Assembly: GCA_030694965.1 (NCBI GenBank)
Contig: JAUYTZ010000014.1
Location: forward strand, 5,523 to 69,522
Direction: 5' to 3'
Source: Candidatus Paracaedibacteraceae bacterium
GTDB taxonomy: Bacteria; Pseudomonadota; Alphaproteobacteria; Paracaedibacterales; CAIOTO01
DNA length: 64,000 nt
This document shows, one piece after another, positions 10,491 to 21,564 of this stretch. Numbering within the stretch: position 1 is the first letter of the stretch; every line of letters begins with the position of its first letter. The translations under genes and the position numbers were made by a program. The notes below the pieces were generated by a model. It was not told the origin of the DNA. It saw nothing but the letters and a program-made list of their open reading frames with translations, and ran no database searches.

Positions 10491-10664
10491 AACAATAATC
10501 TTTTTTTACATCTAAATTTAGAATACAAAAGTTAATATGAAAAAATAGTAAACAAAAATGATAAAAATCTTCTATTACCCAGCTAATCCTTGACAAAAAC
10601 ATCTCTGTTCAGCTTTACTGAATCCATCATAAATGATAATGCTCATAAGGAATAATAAACAATT

Positions 10665-12506
10665 ATGTCGACGCAAGCACATAACTTACAATCACCCTAT
10701 CGTACACATACCTGTGGTCAATTGCGCGGCAGTAATAATGGTGAAATAGTTAAAATATCTGGTTGGATACATCGTAAACGCGATCATGGGAATCTTGTTT
10801 TTATTGATTTGCGTGACCATTATGGTTTAACGCAGTGTGTGGTTGATGTTGATAGCCCTGGTTTTACTATTATTGATGGTTTACGCAATGAAACAGTGAT
10901 CCAAATTGATGGTAATGTAGTAAAACGTTCTGATGATACAGTTAATTCAAAAATGTCAACAGGCGATATAGAAGTTTTAGTAACGCATGTGACTGTTCTG
11001 TCAAAGGCAGATCAATTGCCATTACAAGTAAATGCTGATACGGATTTTCCTGAAGAAACACGTTTAACCTATCGCTTTTTAGACTTGCGTCGAGAAAAGC
11101 TTCATCAAAACATAATACTTCGTTCGAATGTGATTGCATCTCTTCGTCGTCGTATGATTGACCAAGGATTCATGGAATTTCAAACACCAATTTTGACGTC
11201 ATCATCGCCTGAGGGAGCACGTGACTTTTTGGTACCGAGCCGTTTACATCCAGGTCAATTTTACGCATTACCACAAGCGCCTCAACAATTTAAGCAACTT
11301 TTAATGGTGGCTGGTTTTGACCGTTATTTTCAAATCGCACCTTGTTTTCGTGATGAAGATGCACGTGCAGACCGTTCACCTGGTGAGTTTTATCAGCTCG
11401 ATATTGAAATGTCATTTGTGACACAAGAAGAAGTTTTTGCAGCCGTTGAACCTGTTTTAGCTGGTGTCTTCAATGAGTTTGCTAATGGACGCAATGTTAC
11501 ACAAGGCTTATTTCCTCGCATTCCATATGCAGAATCAATGCTTAAGTACGGCAACGACAAACCAGATCTACGTAATCCGCTGATTATATCTGATGTAACA
11601 GAAGTATTTAAAGACTCAGGTTTTGGTATCTTTGCAAAAAATATTGAAAAAGGCTGTGTTGTTCGGGCTATTCAAGCAACGGGTGCGTCATCACAACCGC
11701 GTAGCTTCTTTGATAAGCTTAATGGGTGGGCGCAAGAAATTGGCATGGCTGGTCTTGGGTATATCGTTTTTGATGGTGATGATGCGAAAGGACCTATTGC
11801 AAAATTCTTAGATGGTGATCGTTTAGCTTTGCTTAAAAAACTGGCAAATGTTACATCTGGCGATGCTGTGTTTTTTGTCTGTGATAAAGAAACAAAAGCT
11901 GCAAAATTTGCAGGCCTTGCGCGTACACGTGTTGCAACAGATCTTGATTTAATTGAAAAGAATGCATTTCGTTTCTGTTGGGTTGTTGATTTTCCAATGT
12001 ACGAACAAGATGAAGAAACAGGCAAAATTGATTTCTCACACAATCCATTTTCAATGCCGCAAGGTGGGCTTGATGCATTGCTAACGCAAGATCCATTAAC
12101 GATTAATGCTTACCAATATGATATTGTGTGTAATGGTATTGAATTATCAAGTGGTGCTATTCGAAATCACTTACCTGAAGTTATGTATAAAGCATTTGAG
12201 ATCGCTGGCTATTCTAAAGAAACGGTAGAAGAGCAATTCTCAGGTATGTTAAATGCATTTAAATTCGGTGCGCCTCCACATGGTGGAAGTGCGCCTGGTG
12301 TGGATCGGATTGTGATGCTGCTTGCGGACGAACCAAATATTCGTGAAGTAATTGTGTTCCCAATGAATCAGCAAGCGCAAGACTTGATGATGAAGGCGCC
12401 ATCGGCTGTTGAACCAGATCGTTTGAAAGAGTTGCATTTACAAGTGAATTTGCCAAAGCCGAAAGAAGTATTAGTTAAGAAAGTAACTGATGCTGCAGCA
12501 AGCTAA
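10665..12506 (+). CDS. aspS: aspartate--tRNA ligase
   Basis: 613 aa class IIb synthetase. N-terminal OB anticodon-binding domain, motif 2 ([14 protein letters not shown]-like: [20 protein letters not shown]) and motif 3 ([12 protein letters not shown]). Confidence 0.95.
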   Translation: MSTQAHNLQSPYRTHTCGQLRGSNNGEIVKISGWIHRKRDHGNLVFIDLRDHYGLTQCVVDVDSPGFTIIDGLRNETVIQIDGNVVKRSDDTVNSKMSTGDIEVLVTHVTVLSKADQLPLQVNADTDFPEETRLTYRFLDLRREKLHQNIILRSNVIASLRRRMIDQGFMEFQTPILTSSSPEGARDFLVPSRLHPGQFYALPQAPQQFKQLLMVAGFDRYFQIAPCFRDEDARADRSPGEFYQLDIEMSFVTQEEVFAAVEPVLAGVFNEFANGRNVTQGLFPRIPYAESMLKYGNDKPDLRNPLIISDVTEVFKDSGFGIFAKNIEKGCVVRAIQATGASSQPRSFFDKLNGWAQEIGMAGLGYIVFDGDDAKGPIAKFLDGDRLALLKKLANVTSGDAVFFVCDKETKAAKFAGLARTRVATDLDLIEKNAFRFCWVVDFPMYEQDEETGKIDFSHNPFSMPQGGLDALLTQDPLTINAYQYDIVCNGIELSSGAIRNHLPEVMYKAFEIAGYSKETVEEQFSGMLNAFKFGAPPHGGSAPGVDRIVMLLADEPNIREVIVFPMNQQAQDLMMKAPSAVEPDRLKELHLQVNLPKPKEVLVKKVTDAAAS

Positions 12507-13020
12507 TACAGTTCGCATTTTAGGACTTGACCCTGGCCTACGTCATACAGGCTGGGGACTTATTGAATCAAGCGGGCAGAGAATTCGGTATCTTGGATCT
12601 GGTGTTATTAATCCAAATGTCAAGCAAGAATCCTTAGCGCTTCGTTTAGCTGAACTTTTTGAAAAGTTACTAGAGATTGTTAAGACATGTCAGCCTGATG
12701 AAGCTGTTGTTGAAGAAGTTTTTGTGAACAAAAATCCAGGTTCGACGCTTAAATTAGGTATGGCACGCGGTGTAGTGCTGCTTGTGCCTGCTCATTGCGA
12801 CGTTTCGGTATTTGAATATACAGCAAACCAAGTGAAAAAGTCAGTGGTTGGGGCAGGACATGCAGATAAGACTCAAGTTATACACATGGTCCGACGTTTG
12901 TTACCTGCAACACCAGTAGAGATAAAGCCTGATGCAGCCGATGCATTAGCAGTTGCTCTTTGTCATGCACACCAACGTATGCTTAACCAATATTCAGCTC
13001 TTTTGCAAAGTGCAGGATAG
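12490..13020 (+). CDS. ruvC: crossover junction endodeoxyribonuclease RuvC
   Basis: 176 aa. Catalytic-Asp start [15 protein letters not shown] and C-terminal [12 protein letters not shown] motif. Overlaps the aspS end by 17 nt. Confidence 0.9.
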   Translation: MLQQANTVRILGLDPGLRHTGWGLIESSGQRIRYLGSGVINPNVKQESLALRLAELFEKLLEIVKTCQPDEAVVEEVFVNKNPGSTLKLGMARGVVLLVPAHCDVSVFEYTANQVKKSVVGAGHADKTQVIHMVRRLLPATPVEIKPDAADALAVALCHAHQRMLNQYSALLQSAG

Positions 13021-13103
13021 CAAGCTCAGCTTTTATCGCTATTTTGAAAAATCAATGGTAAAAATCTTATAAATCTATTACATTTTGATGTAACTAAATA
13101 ATA

Positions 13104-14285
13104 TTGGTATTTTTTAAGCTCGTGAGCCAAATCCCTTTCCATTTTATACAACATGATGATCAGCTGAAAAAGTCTCTTGATTATCCAGTAGCTCAAAATC
13201 TTTCATTTTTAGCAATTGATACTGAATTTACGCGAAGGACAACATATTGGCCGCAGCTTGAACTAATTCAAATAGGTATTCCAAATGTTGCCATTTTTGT
13301 TATTGATTGCAAAGCAATTAATGACTGGTCACAACTTGTTTCATTACTACAGAATCCAAATATCATAAAAGTTTTTCACTCAGCACGCCAGGATTTAGAA
13401 GGACTTTTAAAGCTTTTCAACGCTTTACCTTTGTCAATATTTGACATACAAATTGCTGCGGCATTTTTAGGGTTTGGTCACAGCATTGGACTTGGTGATC
13501 TGGTCGAACAATTGCTTGGCGAATCAATGGATAAATCAGAGCAGCACAGTAACTGGGAAACGCGCCCCCTTCGCTCTGCTCAAATTGCTTACGCGGCAAT
13601 GGATGTGCATTATCTAATTAAACTTTATCCGCTTATAATTAACCAACTTGGTCAACTTAACAGATTAACGTGGATCAACGAGTTTTGCGAAGCATTAGAA
13701 GACAAAAATAAATTGATTACAATTCCAGATCATGCTTGGATTAAGTTAAGGTCTCATCTTAAAAATGAGAATGAACTTTATTTTTGTAAAGAGTTTTCAG
13801 CGCTTAGAGAACGTCTTGCACAAAAAATGGATTGCAATCGGTCACGTGTCATAAATGATAGTGATTTGATTGTTTTATGCCAACAAATGGCTATTTTTGC
13901 TTTCCAAAATACTGACAACTGTCATCAACAAAATGATATTCCATCTCTTAACAAAATTGATGCTACTTTTGTGGGCGACTTTTCACACTTACAACTAGCC
14001 ATTTTAAGTTCTTTTAAAACCATTTCAAATTTCAAGCAATTACGTACGCATCTAAAACATGGGCTTGGAACATTGCTTACTAGCATTCAGCAAAGACAAC
14101 TTTTTGATGCAAAAACAAAACTTAGTGCGGAAGCTAATCGTTTAGTTGTACCAATGCATTTTTTGGCACCACCTGCAATGCTAGAAGATTATATTATTAA
14201 TCCTGATGATGATCATTTATTTATTACTGGGTGGCGTAAAAACATTACAAAACCAATTATGAATGAAATCCTACTATCTGCTTAG
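13104..14285 (+). CDS. rnd: ribonuclease D
   Basis: 393 aa. DEDD 3'-5' exonuclease motifs (LAIDTEF, HSARQDLE, YAAMDVHYL) followed by an HRDC-like region. Start is ambiguous (TTG 13104 or GTG 13122). Confidence 0.8.
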   Translation: MVFFKLVSQIPFHFIQHDDQLKKSLDYPVAQNLSFLAIDTEFTRRTTYWPQLELIQIGIPNVAIFVIDCKAINDWSQLVSLLQNPNIIKVFHSARQDLEGLLKLFNALPLSIFDIQIAAAFLGFGHSIGLGDLVEQLLGESMDKSEQHSNWETRPLRSAQIAYAAMDVHYLIKLYPLIINQLGQLNRLTWINEFCEALEDKNKLITIPDHAWIKLRSHLKNENELYFCKEFSALRERLAQKMDCNRSRVINDSDLIVLCQQMAIFAFQNTDNCHQQNDIPSLNKIDATFVGDFSHLQLAILSSFKTISNFKQLRTHLKHGLGTLLTSIQQRQLFDAKTKLSAEANRLVVPMHFLAPPAMLEDYIINPDDDHLFITGWRKNITKPIMNEILLSA

Positions 14286-14352
14286 GATTAAGCTTTTCTT
14301 AATTAAAAAATGATATATTTAATAAATAGGTCATATTAAAAAATAAGAATTC

Positions 14353-15489
14353 ATGCTGAATAAAAAAACAAAAATATATGGAATATTTATATTTTTCTTG
14401 CTTGCTATTGGAGGATATTTAAAAACTAAAGAAAAAAAGAAGCAAATTGAAAACGCGCCTCTCATATCTGTAGAAAAACCAAAGCGTCAAACTTTGCCAA
14501 GAATACTAAACGTACCATCAACTTTTGAAGAAACAGAGCACATTTCTGTGCGTGCTCGTGTCGACGGATTCATAAAGAAAGTATACTTTAAAGAAGGTGA
14601 TCCTGTTAAAGAAGGTGATCCCCTTATTGATATTGATGACGATCTACTTCAAACACAATTGCGTCAAGCAGAGGCTGCTTTGCAAAAAAACATGGCACAA
14701 CTTGCCCAATCTGAAAATGAATTTAAACGGCAGTCAAATCTTGCAAAAAAAGATATGGCTTCGAAATCGACATTTGAAACGGCTGAAGCTACTGTAAAAG
14801 GACTAAAAGCTTCTGTTCTATCAGATCAGGCGTACGTTGATTCACTCAAGATTCAAATAAGCTATACGCACATAAAAAGCCCTATTAATGCACTTTCTGG
14901 CTTTTTAAAAGTAAACATAGGAAATTTTGTAAGACAAAGTGAAAATACACCTCTTCTTTCACTTAAACAAATTGATCCAATTACTATCTTATTTGAGGTT
15001 CCTGAACGATTTGCTGTTGAGCTGCTTCGATTGCCAATGAAATCGATTAAAATTTCACTTACAGACATTTTAAACTCTCCCATCAGAGAAAAAGTTAATG
15101 TTGTTTCTTTTGATAACAGCGTTGATAAAAAATCAGGAACAATGCGGATAAAAGCGTCTGTGACAAATCAAGAATTTAAACTTCGCCCTGGTATGTCTGT
15201 AGTTGGGAACATTCAATTTGGTGAATTAAAAGACGTTTTGACAATCCCCGTAGATGCATTACAAATAGGACAAAATGGTTCCTTTATCTTTATTTTTGAT
15301 GAAAAAACAAATGTTGTTAAGAAAAAGCCTGTTGTTTCAAAAAATATTATTGGATCAGTTGCTATTATTGATTCTGGAATATCTGATACAGATTTAGTAG
15401 TAACTGAAGGACAAATACGATTGTCTGATGGAGCAAAAGCTAAAATTCAAAATAAACGAAATGACACACTGCTTAAAAAGGCTGCTTGA
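14353..15489 (+). CDS. RND efflux periplasmic adaptor (membrane fusion protein)
   Basis: 378 aa. N-terminal membrane anchor, lipoyl-like hairpin (VKEGDPLIDID), coiled-coil segment and beta-barrel domain typical of HlyD/AcrA-family adaptors. Its stop overlaps the pump start. Confidence 0.85.
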   Translation: MLNKKTKIYGIFIFFLLAIGGYLKTKEKKKQIENAPLISVEKPKRQTLPRILNVPSTFEETEHISVRARVDGFIKKVYFKEGDPVKEGDPLIDIDDDLLQTQLRQAEAALQKNMAQLAQSENEFKRQSNLAKKDMASKSTFETAEATVKGLKASVLSDQAYVDSLKIQISYTHIKSPINALSGFLKVNIGNFVRQSENTPLLSLKQIDPITILFEVPERFAVELLRLPMKSIKISLTDILNSPIREKVNVVSFDNSVDKKSGTMRIKASVTNQEFKLRPGMSVVGNIQFGELKDVLTIPVDALQIGQNGSFIFIFDEKTNVVKKKPVVSKNIIGSVAIIDSGISDTDLVVTEGQIRLSDGAKAKIQNKRNDTLLKKAA

Positions 15490-18400
15490 TGAATATTTCT
15501 GAAATCTTTATAAAACGGCCAATTATGACCACCCTATTAATGGTGTGGATTGTTTTAATGAGTACTTTTGCGTATCAAAAATTACCTGTAAACGCTCTGC
15601 CTCGTGTTGAGTTCCCAGTAATCGTTGTAACTGCAAGCTTGCCAGGTGCCAGCGCTGAAACAATGGCTCAAGCTGTATCATTGCCTTTGGAGCAGCAGTT
15701 TTCTGCTATACCAGGACTTGATGTTATGACATCAAGCAGCGCACAAGAAACCACACAAATTACCCTTCAATTTAATCTAGACGTTAACATTAATACAGCA
15801 GCACAAGATGTTGGAACAAGTATTTCAACGGCACAAAGAAAACTACCAACAACCATGGTGGCACCGCCTACATTTAAAAAAATAAACCCATCAGAGCAAC
15901 CTGTTATCATATTAGCGCTTAGATCGGACACCATGCCAATTTGGAAGCTCAATCAATTTTCTGATACTCTTGTTGTTCCACGCCTTGCAATGTTACCTAA
16001 TGTAGCGCGCGTTGACACAGGTGGTCGCCAAAAATATGCCGTTCGTATATCTGTTAATCCTGAAGCCTTACGCGCACGCGGAATTGGTATTGACCAAGTA
16101 GCACGTGATGTAAGTTCAGCAAATATAAATAGTGCCGCGGGTATGTTGCAAGGAAAAGATCAAGTTTATTCAATATCACCCAATACAGATCTTAGTAGTG
16201 CTAAGGAATTTAGTGATATTCTTATTAATAATCAACATACATTGCGTTTAAAGGACATAGCAACGGTTTCGGATGACACAGATTCGCCTTATACGGCAGC
16301 TTGGTATAATACAGATCGAAGCATTATATTGCTGGTAGGACGTCAGCCAGGGGCAAATTCTATTGAAGTTGCAGATAGCGTAAAAGCAATGCTGCCTGAA
16401 ATTCAAAAGCAGCTTCCAGCAAGTATAAAATTAGATGTAATCGTAGATCGTACTGAATCTATAAAAGAATCTGTTAAGGAAGTTAAAATCACTGGATTTT
16501 TAACAATTGCACTTGTAGTTTTTGTCATTTTTATTTTCTTAGGTAATTGTCGAGCGACGCTAATACCCTCTTTAAGTTTGCCAATCTCAATCTTAATGAC
16601 ATTTTCTGGTATGTACTTCATGGATTTCAGTCTTAACAACCTAACACTCTTAGCTCTCACTCTTTCGACAGGGTTCATTATTGATGATGCGATTGTTGTG
16701 CTGGAAAACATCATCGCATACAGAGAAAAAGGCCTTTCAGCTAAAGAAGCTGCCTTTAAAGGGTCTCGTGAAATTGCATTTACAGTTATTTCAATGACAT
16801 TGTCTCTTGTTGCTGTTTTTATTCCTGTGCTTTTCATGCAAGGAATCGTGGGTCGCTTCTTATATGAATTTGCAATGACAATTGCAATTTCAATTTTAGC
16901 ATCTGGATTTGTATCACTGACATTAATACCAATGATGAGTCAATATTTAGCCCCTCATCACGAAGAAAGTCGTAGTTGGCTTGTTGTACGTTTTAAGTTG
17001 TTTTATGAAAGAATGGAATCTGCTTATAAAAAAAGCCTTGCTGCTGCTTTTAAACTTCAACGTTACATCATGCATTTTGTGGTAGCTATATTTATTGCAA
17101 ATGTAGTCTTTTATGCTTACATCTCTAAAGGTTTTTTTCCTAATGAAGATACTGGGCTTATTTATGGAGTAAGTGAAGTTTTGCCAGAAACCTCATTTGA
17201 ATCAATGAAAAAGATAGAAAGTCGGCTCATTCATATTCTAAGTAACAACAAAGAGATTGAGTCATTCAACACCTCAATTGGTCAATCAACATCTACAATT
17301 GCCAGTAATGAAGGACGCTTTTTTATTGTACTAAAACCCATCGGTAAACGGCGAAATATTCAAGAAATCATGAATGATTTACGTAAAGCATTTTATGTTA
17401 TTCCAGATCTTAAAGTCTCCATGCAATCTGTACAAAATTTACGTATTGGCGGATCTTTATCAAAAAGCCAATATCAATACACTTTGCAAACACAAAATTT
17501 TAAAGATCTTGCTCGCTATACGAATTTATTAGAAAGCATTATTCAAAAAACCCCAGACTTTTTAGATGTAAATACTGATCTAAAAATGAATAGCTTGCAA
17601 GCGAATGTAAAAATTGATCGTGACATTGCTACACGACTTGGTCTTTCTATTCAAAAAATCACAGAAGCCATTGGGTATGCCTATTCAGATCAACAAATTT
17701 CAACAATTTATACAGAATCTGATACGTATTCAGTCATCATAGGAATTGACAAAGAGGAATCTAAAAGCATTGCAGATTTATCAAAACTCTATGTATCCAA
17801 TAATGAAGGAACACTCATTCCCTTATCAGCTTTTGCAACTGTTGAACGAAAAAATGCACCACTTTTGGTTAATCATTTAAATCGTTTAGCCGCAGCAACT
17901 ATATCGTTTAATCTTGCGCCTGGTAAGAGTTTAGGGGACGCTGTTATTGATATCAAAAAAATGGAAAATAAAATAAAATTACCGGCCACAATTAACACAT
18001 CCTTTCAAGGAACAGCCAAGGCATTTCAATCTTCACAAGGCGGGCAAGTTGCTCTTATTTTAAGCGCAATTTTTACAATATATATTATCCTAGGAATTTT
18101 GTATGAAAGCTACCGCCACCCAATTACTATACTAAGTGGGTTGCCAAGCGCAGGTCTTGGAGCACTTATATTCTTGTGGCTTTTTGGATTTGATTTAGAC
18201 GTGATAGGGATAATTGGTATTATTCTGCTTATTGGCATTGTAAAAAAGAATGCTATAATGATGATTGACTATGCACTTGAATGCCAACGAATAAAGGGGT
18301 TTTCTTCGCAAGAAGCAATTATTGAGGCATGCCATCGCAGGTTTAGACCTATTATGATGACAACTTTTGCAGCAATTGTTGGTGCTTTACCAATTGCATT

Positions 18401-18551
18401 TTGGGATGGTTCTGGCGCTGAATTTAGACGCCCATTAGGTGTGTGCATTATAGGCGGATTGCTTGTATCACAATGGTTAACTCTTTACATCACCCCTTTA
18501 TTCTACGTATGGATTGACGAACGTAAAAAAAACACAAATAATGCACTCTAA
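15489..18551 (+). CDS. RND efflux transporter, inner-membrane permease (AcrB/MdtB-like, HAE1)
   Basis: About 1020 aa and 12-TM architecture. N-terminus MNISEIFIKRPIMTT and conserved TM4 motif (GFIIDDAIVVLENI). I place the start at the ATG (TGATG overlap) rather than the TTG at 15486. Confidence 0.9.
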   Translation: MNISEIFIKRPIMTTLLMVWIVLMSTFAYQKLPVNALPRVEFPVIVVTASLPGASAETMAQAVSLPLEQQFSAIPGLDVMTSSSAQETTQITLQFNLDVNINTAAQDVGTSISTAQRKLPTTMVAPPTFKKINPSEQPVIILALRSDTMPIWKLNQFSDTLVVPRLAMLPNVARVDTGGRQKYAVRISVNPEALRARGIGIDQVARDVSSANINSAAGMLQGKDQVYSISPNTDLSSAKEFSDILINNQHTLRLKDIATVSDDTDSPYTAAWYNTDRSIILLVGRQPGANSIEVADSVKAMLPEIQKQLPASIKLDVIVDRTESIKESVKEVKITGFLTIALVVFVIFIFLGNCRATLIPSLSLPISILMTFSGMYFMDFSLNNLTLLALTLSTGFIIDDAIVVLENIIAYREKGLSAKEAAFKGSREIAFTVISMTLSLVAVFIPVLFMQGIVGRFLYEFAMTIAISILASGFVSLTLIPMMSQYLAPHHEESRSWLVVRFKLFYERMESAYKKSLAAAFKLQRYIMHFVVAIFIANVVFYAYISKGFFPNEDTGLIYGVSEVLPETSFESMKKIESRLIHILSNNKEIESFNTSIGQSTSTIASNEGRFFIVLKPIGKRRNIQEIMNDLRKAFYVIPDLKVSMQSVQNLRIGGSLSKSQYQYTLQTQNFKDLARYTNLLESIIQKTPDFLDVNTDLKMNSLQANVKIDRDIATRLGLSIQKITEAIGYAYSDQQISTIYTESDTYSVIIGIDKEESKSIADLSKLYVSNNEGTLIPLSAFATVERKNAPLLVNHLNRLAAATISFNLAPGKSLGDAVIDIKKMENKIKLPATINTSFQGTAKAFQSSQGGQVALILSAIFTIYIILGILYESYRHPITILSGLPSAGLGALIFLWLFGFDLDVIGIIGIILLIGIVKKNAIMMIDYALECQRIKGFSSQEAIIEACHRRFRPIMMTTFAAIVGALPIAFWDGSGAEFRRPLGVCIIGGLLVSQWLTLYITPLFYVWIDERKKNTNNAL

Positions 18552-18608
18552 TATTTAACTTCTGTTATAGATTGTCTATAATGAGGTAGTAATAATTCTG
18601 GTTTATCT

Positions 18609-19286
18609 ATGCGTACACTTTATCACTTCCCTTTATGCCCATTTTCACGAAAAATTAGATTAGTTTTACATGAAAAAAAACTAGATTTTGCACTTGAACT
18701 AGAAAAGTTTTGGGAAAAACGGCCTGAGTTTCAAAAGCTTAATATTGCAGGGCAGGTGCCCGTCTTGATTGACTTAAATGGCTCAGTCCTAAGTGACAGT
18801 TTTGCTATTTCTGAATATCTTGAAGATGCATATCCTGACCGCCCTTTAATTGGCGATGGGCTCGCGCACAGAGCCGAGGTAAGGCGGCTTGTTGCTTGGT
18901 TTGATGGAAAGGGAGCTGGTGAGTTTAGTTTGCCTCTTATATTTGAAAAAGTAGTGAAACGCAATATTCCAAATTTAAATAATCAAGGACCAAACTCACC
19001 TCTTATTCGCCAAGCGAAAGCTGCGATTACATTCCATCTTGAATATATTTCATGGCTTGTTGATCGTCGCAATTGGCTTGCTGGTGACGATTTTTCACTT
19101 GCTGATATCACAGCCGCTGCTCATCTTTCTGTGGTTGATTACATGGGAGATGTTCCTTGGGATAAACATGAGAACGCTAAAAATTGGTATGCACGAATTA
19201 AATCACGTCCCAGCTTTAGGGCACTCTTGCAAGACAGAGTCGCTGGCATCGCGCCATCAACAACATATGGTGATCTGGATTTTTAA
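18609..19286 (+). CDS. glutathione S-transferase family protein (Cys-type CPF motif)
   Basis: 225 aa. Thioredoxin-like N-domain with LCPFSRK, VPVL cis-Pro motif, and a helical C-domain. Confidence 0.75.
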   Translation: MRTLYHFPLCPFSRKIRLVLHEKKLDFALELEKFWEKRPEFQKLNIAGQVPVLIDLNGSVLSDSFAISEYLEDAYPDRPLIGDGLAHRAEVRRLVAWFDGKGAGEFSLPLIFEKVVKRNIPNLNNQGPNSPLIRQAKAAITFHLEYISWLVDRRNWLAGDDFSLADITAAAHLSVVDYMGDVPWDKHENAKNWYARIKSRPSFRALLQDRVAGIAPSTTYGDLDF

Positions 19287-19426
19287 ATTTATTTGTAGTA
19301 TCATAGAATTTTAAAGCTACAGAAAAAACTCTCTCATTTTCGTAATACTTTGTAACAAACCATCTTTTGAGGTTTTGTTAAGAATACGATACTGTTAATT
19401 ATAAGGGAATCTTTTTTAGATTTTAG

Positions 19427-20371
19427 ATGATGCAGACGCAACCTAACATAATAAATAAAATGCAATCAACGCCATTTTCAATGCCGTTTAAAGTCAATCA
19501 ACACACACTTATGCAAGCAACGCTTGGACATGAAGTTGCATTTGATGGTGTTGGTTTACATTCAGGTTTCCCTGTTCATATGCTTCTTCGTCCTGCAGCA
19601 CCTTACACTGGGTTTGTATTTTTTCGGACAGATATAAAAAATAAAGACAACCGTGTTCCTGCCCACTACACAGCCGTTATTGATACAATGATGTGTACCA
19701 AAATTTCAAACACATCTGGCGTAACTGTTTCAACAATTGAACACATAATTGCGGCTCTTCAAGGAATGGGAATTACAAATGCTGAGATTTACATTTCAGG
19801 ACCTGAAGTTCCAATTATGGATGGAAGCTCTCGCTTGTATACAGAAAAATTTACAACTGTAGGATGTTCAACACAATCTGCTCGGCAACGTGCTTTAAAA
19901 ATAATATCAACTGTTCGCGTAGAACACAAAAATGGTTTCGCTGAGTTTATCCCATCACATTCTCGATCATTTGATGTAAGTTTTGATTTTTCCGGTCGTT
20001 TGTTTGGAAAAGATTACCCAACTAATTTTACATTTGATCTCGATGGTGATGACTTTCATTGCTTATTATCAGATGCGCGCACATTTGGTTTGTATGAAGA
20101 TGCTCTTCGTTTAAAGGAGGCAGGCTTTGCGAAAGGGGCATCCCTTGAAAACACAATTGTGCTTCACAATGATGTTGTCATGAATGAAAAAGGGCTTCGA
20201 TCTAGTGATGAGCTTGTCCGTCACAAAGTGCTTGATGCAATCGGCGATCTTGCTTTATCGGGATGCAGCATTATAGGCACATTTCGCGCACATAACCCAG
20301 GGCATGGATTAAACAATCAATTATTACTCGCTTTATTTGCTAATCCAAAGTTATTCACATGGTGCGAATGA
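19427..20371 (+). CDS. lpxC: UDP-3-O-acyl-N-acetylglucosamine deacetylase
   Basis: 314 aa. GVGLHSG near the N-terminus, TIEHIIAAL, and the HKVLDAIGDLAL zinc/active-site motif. The exact start among several N-terminal Met codons is uncertain. Confidence 0.9.
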   Translation: MMQTQPNIINKMQSTPFSMPFKVNQHTLMQATLGHEVAFDGVGLHSGFPVHMLLRPAAPYTGFVFFRTDIKNKDNRVPAHYTAVIDTMMCTKISNTSGVTVSTIEHIIAALQGMGITNAEIYISGPEVPIMDGSSRLYTEKFTTVGCSTQSARQRALKIISTVRVEHKNGFAEFIPSHSRSFDVSFDFSGRLFGKDYPTNFTFDLDGDDFHCLLSDARTFGLYEDALRLKEAGFAKGASLENTIVLHNDVVMNEKGLRSSDELVRHKVLDAIGDLALSGCSIIGTFRAHNPGHGLNNQLLLALFANPKLFTWCE

Positions 20372-20440
20372 TATAAATTAATAATTCACATGTACTCATA
20401 TATTTCAATCTATTATGATAGGTGTTACGCAATTTCTTTA

Positions 20441-21562
20441 CTAAACATCGTTTTTATTAAAAATCCAACCGCCACCAAGCAAACGATCTCCATTATAAAA
20501 TACACCAGCTTGCCCTGCTGCAATACCATATTCTGAATTTTCAAACGTAACCATCGCTTCCGTTGGCGAGATAGCTGTGACTACAGCCTTAATTGGCGAT
20601 GCTGAGGATCGAATTTTAATTGTGCACGCATACCCATCTTTAAATTGACGTATATCACTAAGCCAATTTATTTCTTTAAGATAAATGCTTTCTTTCGCTA
20701 GCGCTTCTTTAGGACCAACGTAAACTTTTTTTGAATCTGCATCTAATTTAATCACATACAATGGATTTGCATCAGAAACACCAAGGCCTTTACGCTGACC
20801 TATAGTGTAGTTAATTATACCATCATGAGAACCTAAAATACGCCCATCAATATGTACGATTTCACCTGCATCAAGAGCACCTGGACGTAACTTTGAAACA
20901 ATAGATGCATAATTACCATTAGGGACAAAACAAATATCTTGGCTATCAGGCTTATCGGCCACTTTTAAATTAAAACGTTGTGCGTGCAGTCTTGTTTCAG
21001 CTTTACTTGACAATCCACCAAGTGGAAATCTAAGATAATTAAGTTGTTCTTGCGTTGTTGTGAATAAGAAATAGCTTTGATCACGTGTCTTATCAATAGC
21101 TTGGTGTAACTCTGCATGCTTATCTGTGATAACACGCTTGACGTAATGCCCGGTAACTAAAGCTTTTGCACCTAGATCTTGCGCAGTTTGCAGCAAATCC
21201 TTAAATTTTACTTTTTGGTTGCATCGAATACAGGGAATAGGTGTTTCGCCTCTTAAATATGAATCTGCAAAGTCATCTATTACGTTTTGACGGAATAGTG
21301 TTTCATAATCAAGCACATAGTGGGGGAAACTAAAACGGTCAGCAACTTGGCGTGCATCGTATATATCTTGACCAGCACAACAAGCACCTTTTTTTTGAGC
21401 CATTGCCCCTTGATCATAAAGCTGCAATGTAATACCAACAACATCATAACCAGCTTCAACCATCAAGGCAGCAGCAACAGAAGAGTCAACTCCACCAGAC
21501 ATAGCAACAGCAATACGTTCACCTTTATTGATCCCATCAAGCGTGAAATGCGACGTTTCCAT
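20441..21562 (-). CDS. mnmA: tRNA 2-thiouridine(34) synthase MnmA
   Basis: 373 aa. PP-loop [13 protein letters not shown], catalytic Cys context (IPCIRCN) and DSQDICF motif. Confidence 0.95.
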   Translation of the reverse strand: METSHFTLDGINKGERIAVAMSGGVDSSVAAALMVEAGYDVVGITLQLYDQGAMAQKKGACCAGQDIYDARQVADRFSFPHYVLDYETLFRQNVIDDFADSYLRGETPIPCIRCNQKVKFKDLLQTAQDLGAKALVTGHYVKRVITDKHAELHQAIDKTRDQSYFLFTTTQEQLNYLRFPLGGLSSKAETRLHAQRFNLKVADKPDSQDICFVPNGNYASIVSKLRPGALDAGEIVHIDGRILGSHDGIINYTIGQRKGLGVSDANPLYVIKLDADSKKVYVGPKEALAKESIYLKEINWLSDIRQFKDGYACTIKIRSSASPIKAVVTAISPTEAMVTFENSEYGIAAGQAGVFYNGDRLLGGGWIFNKNDV

Positions 21563-21564
21563 AG

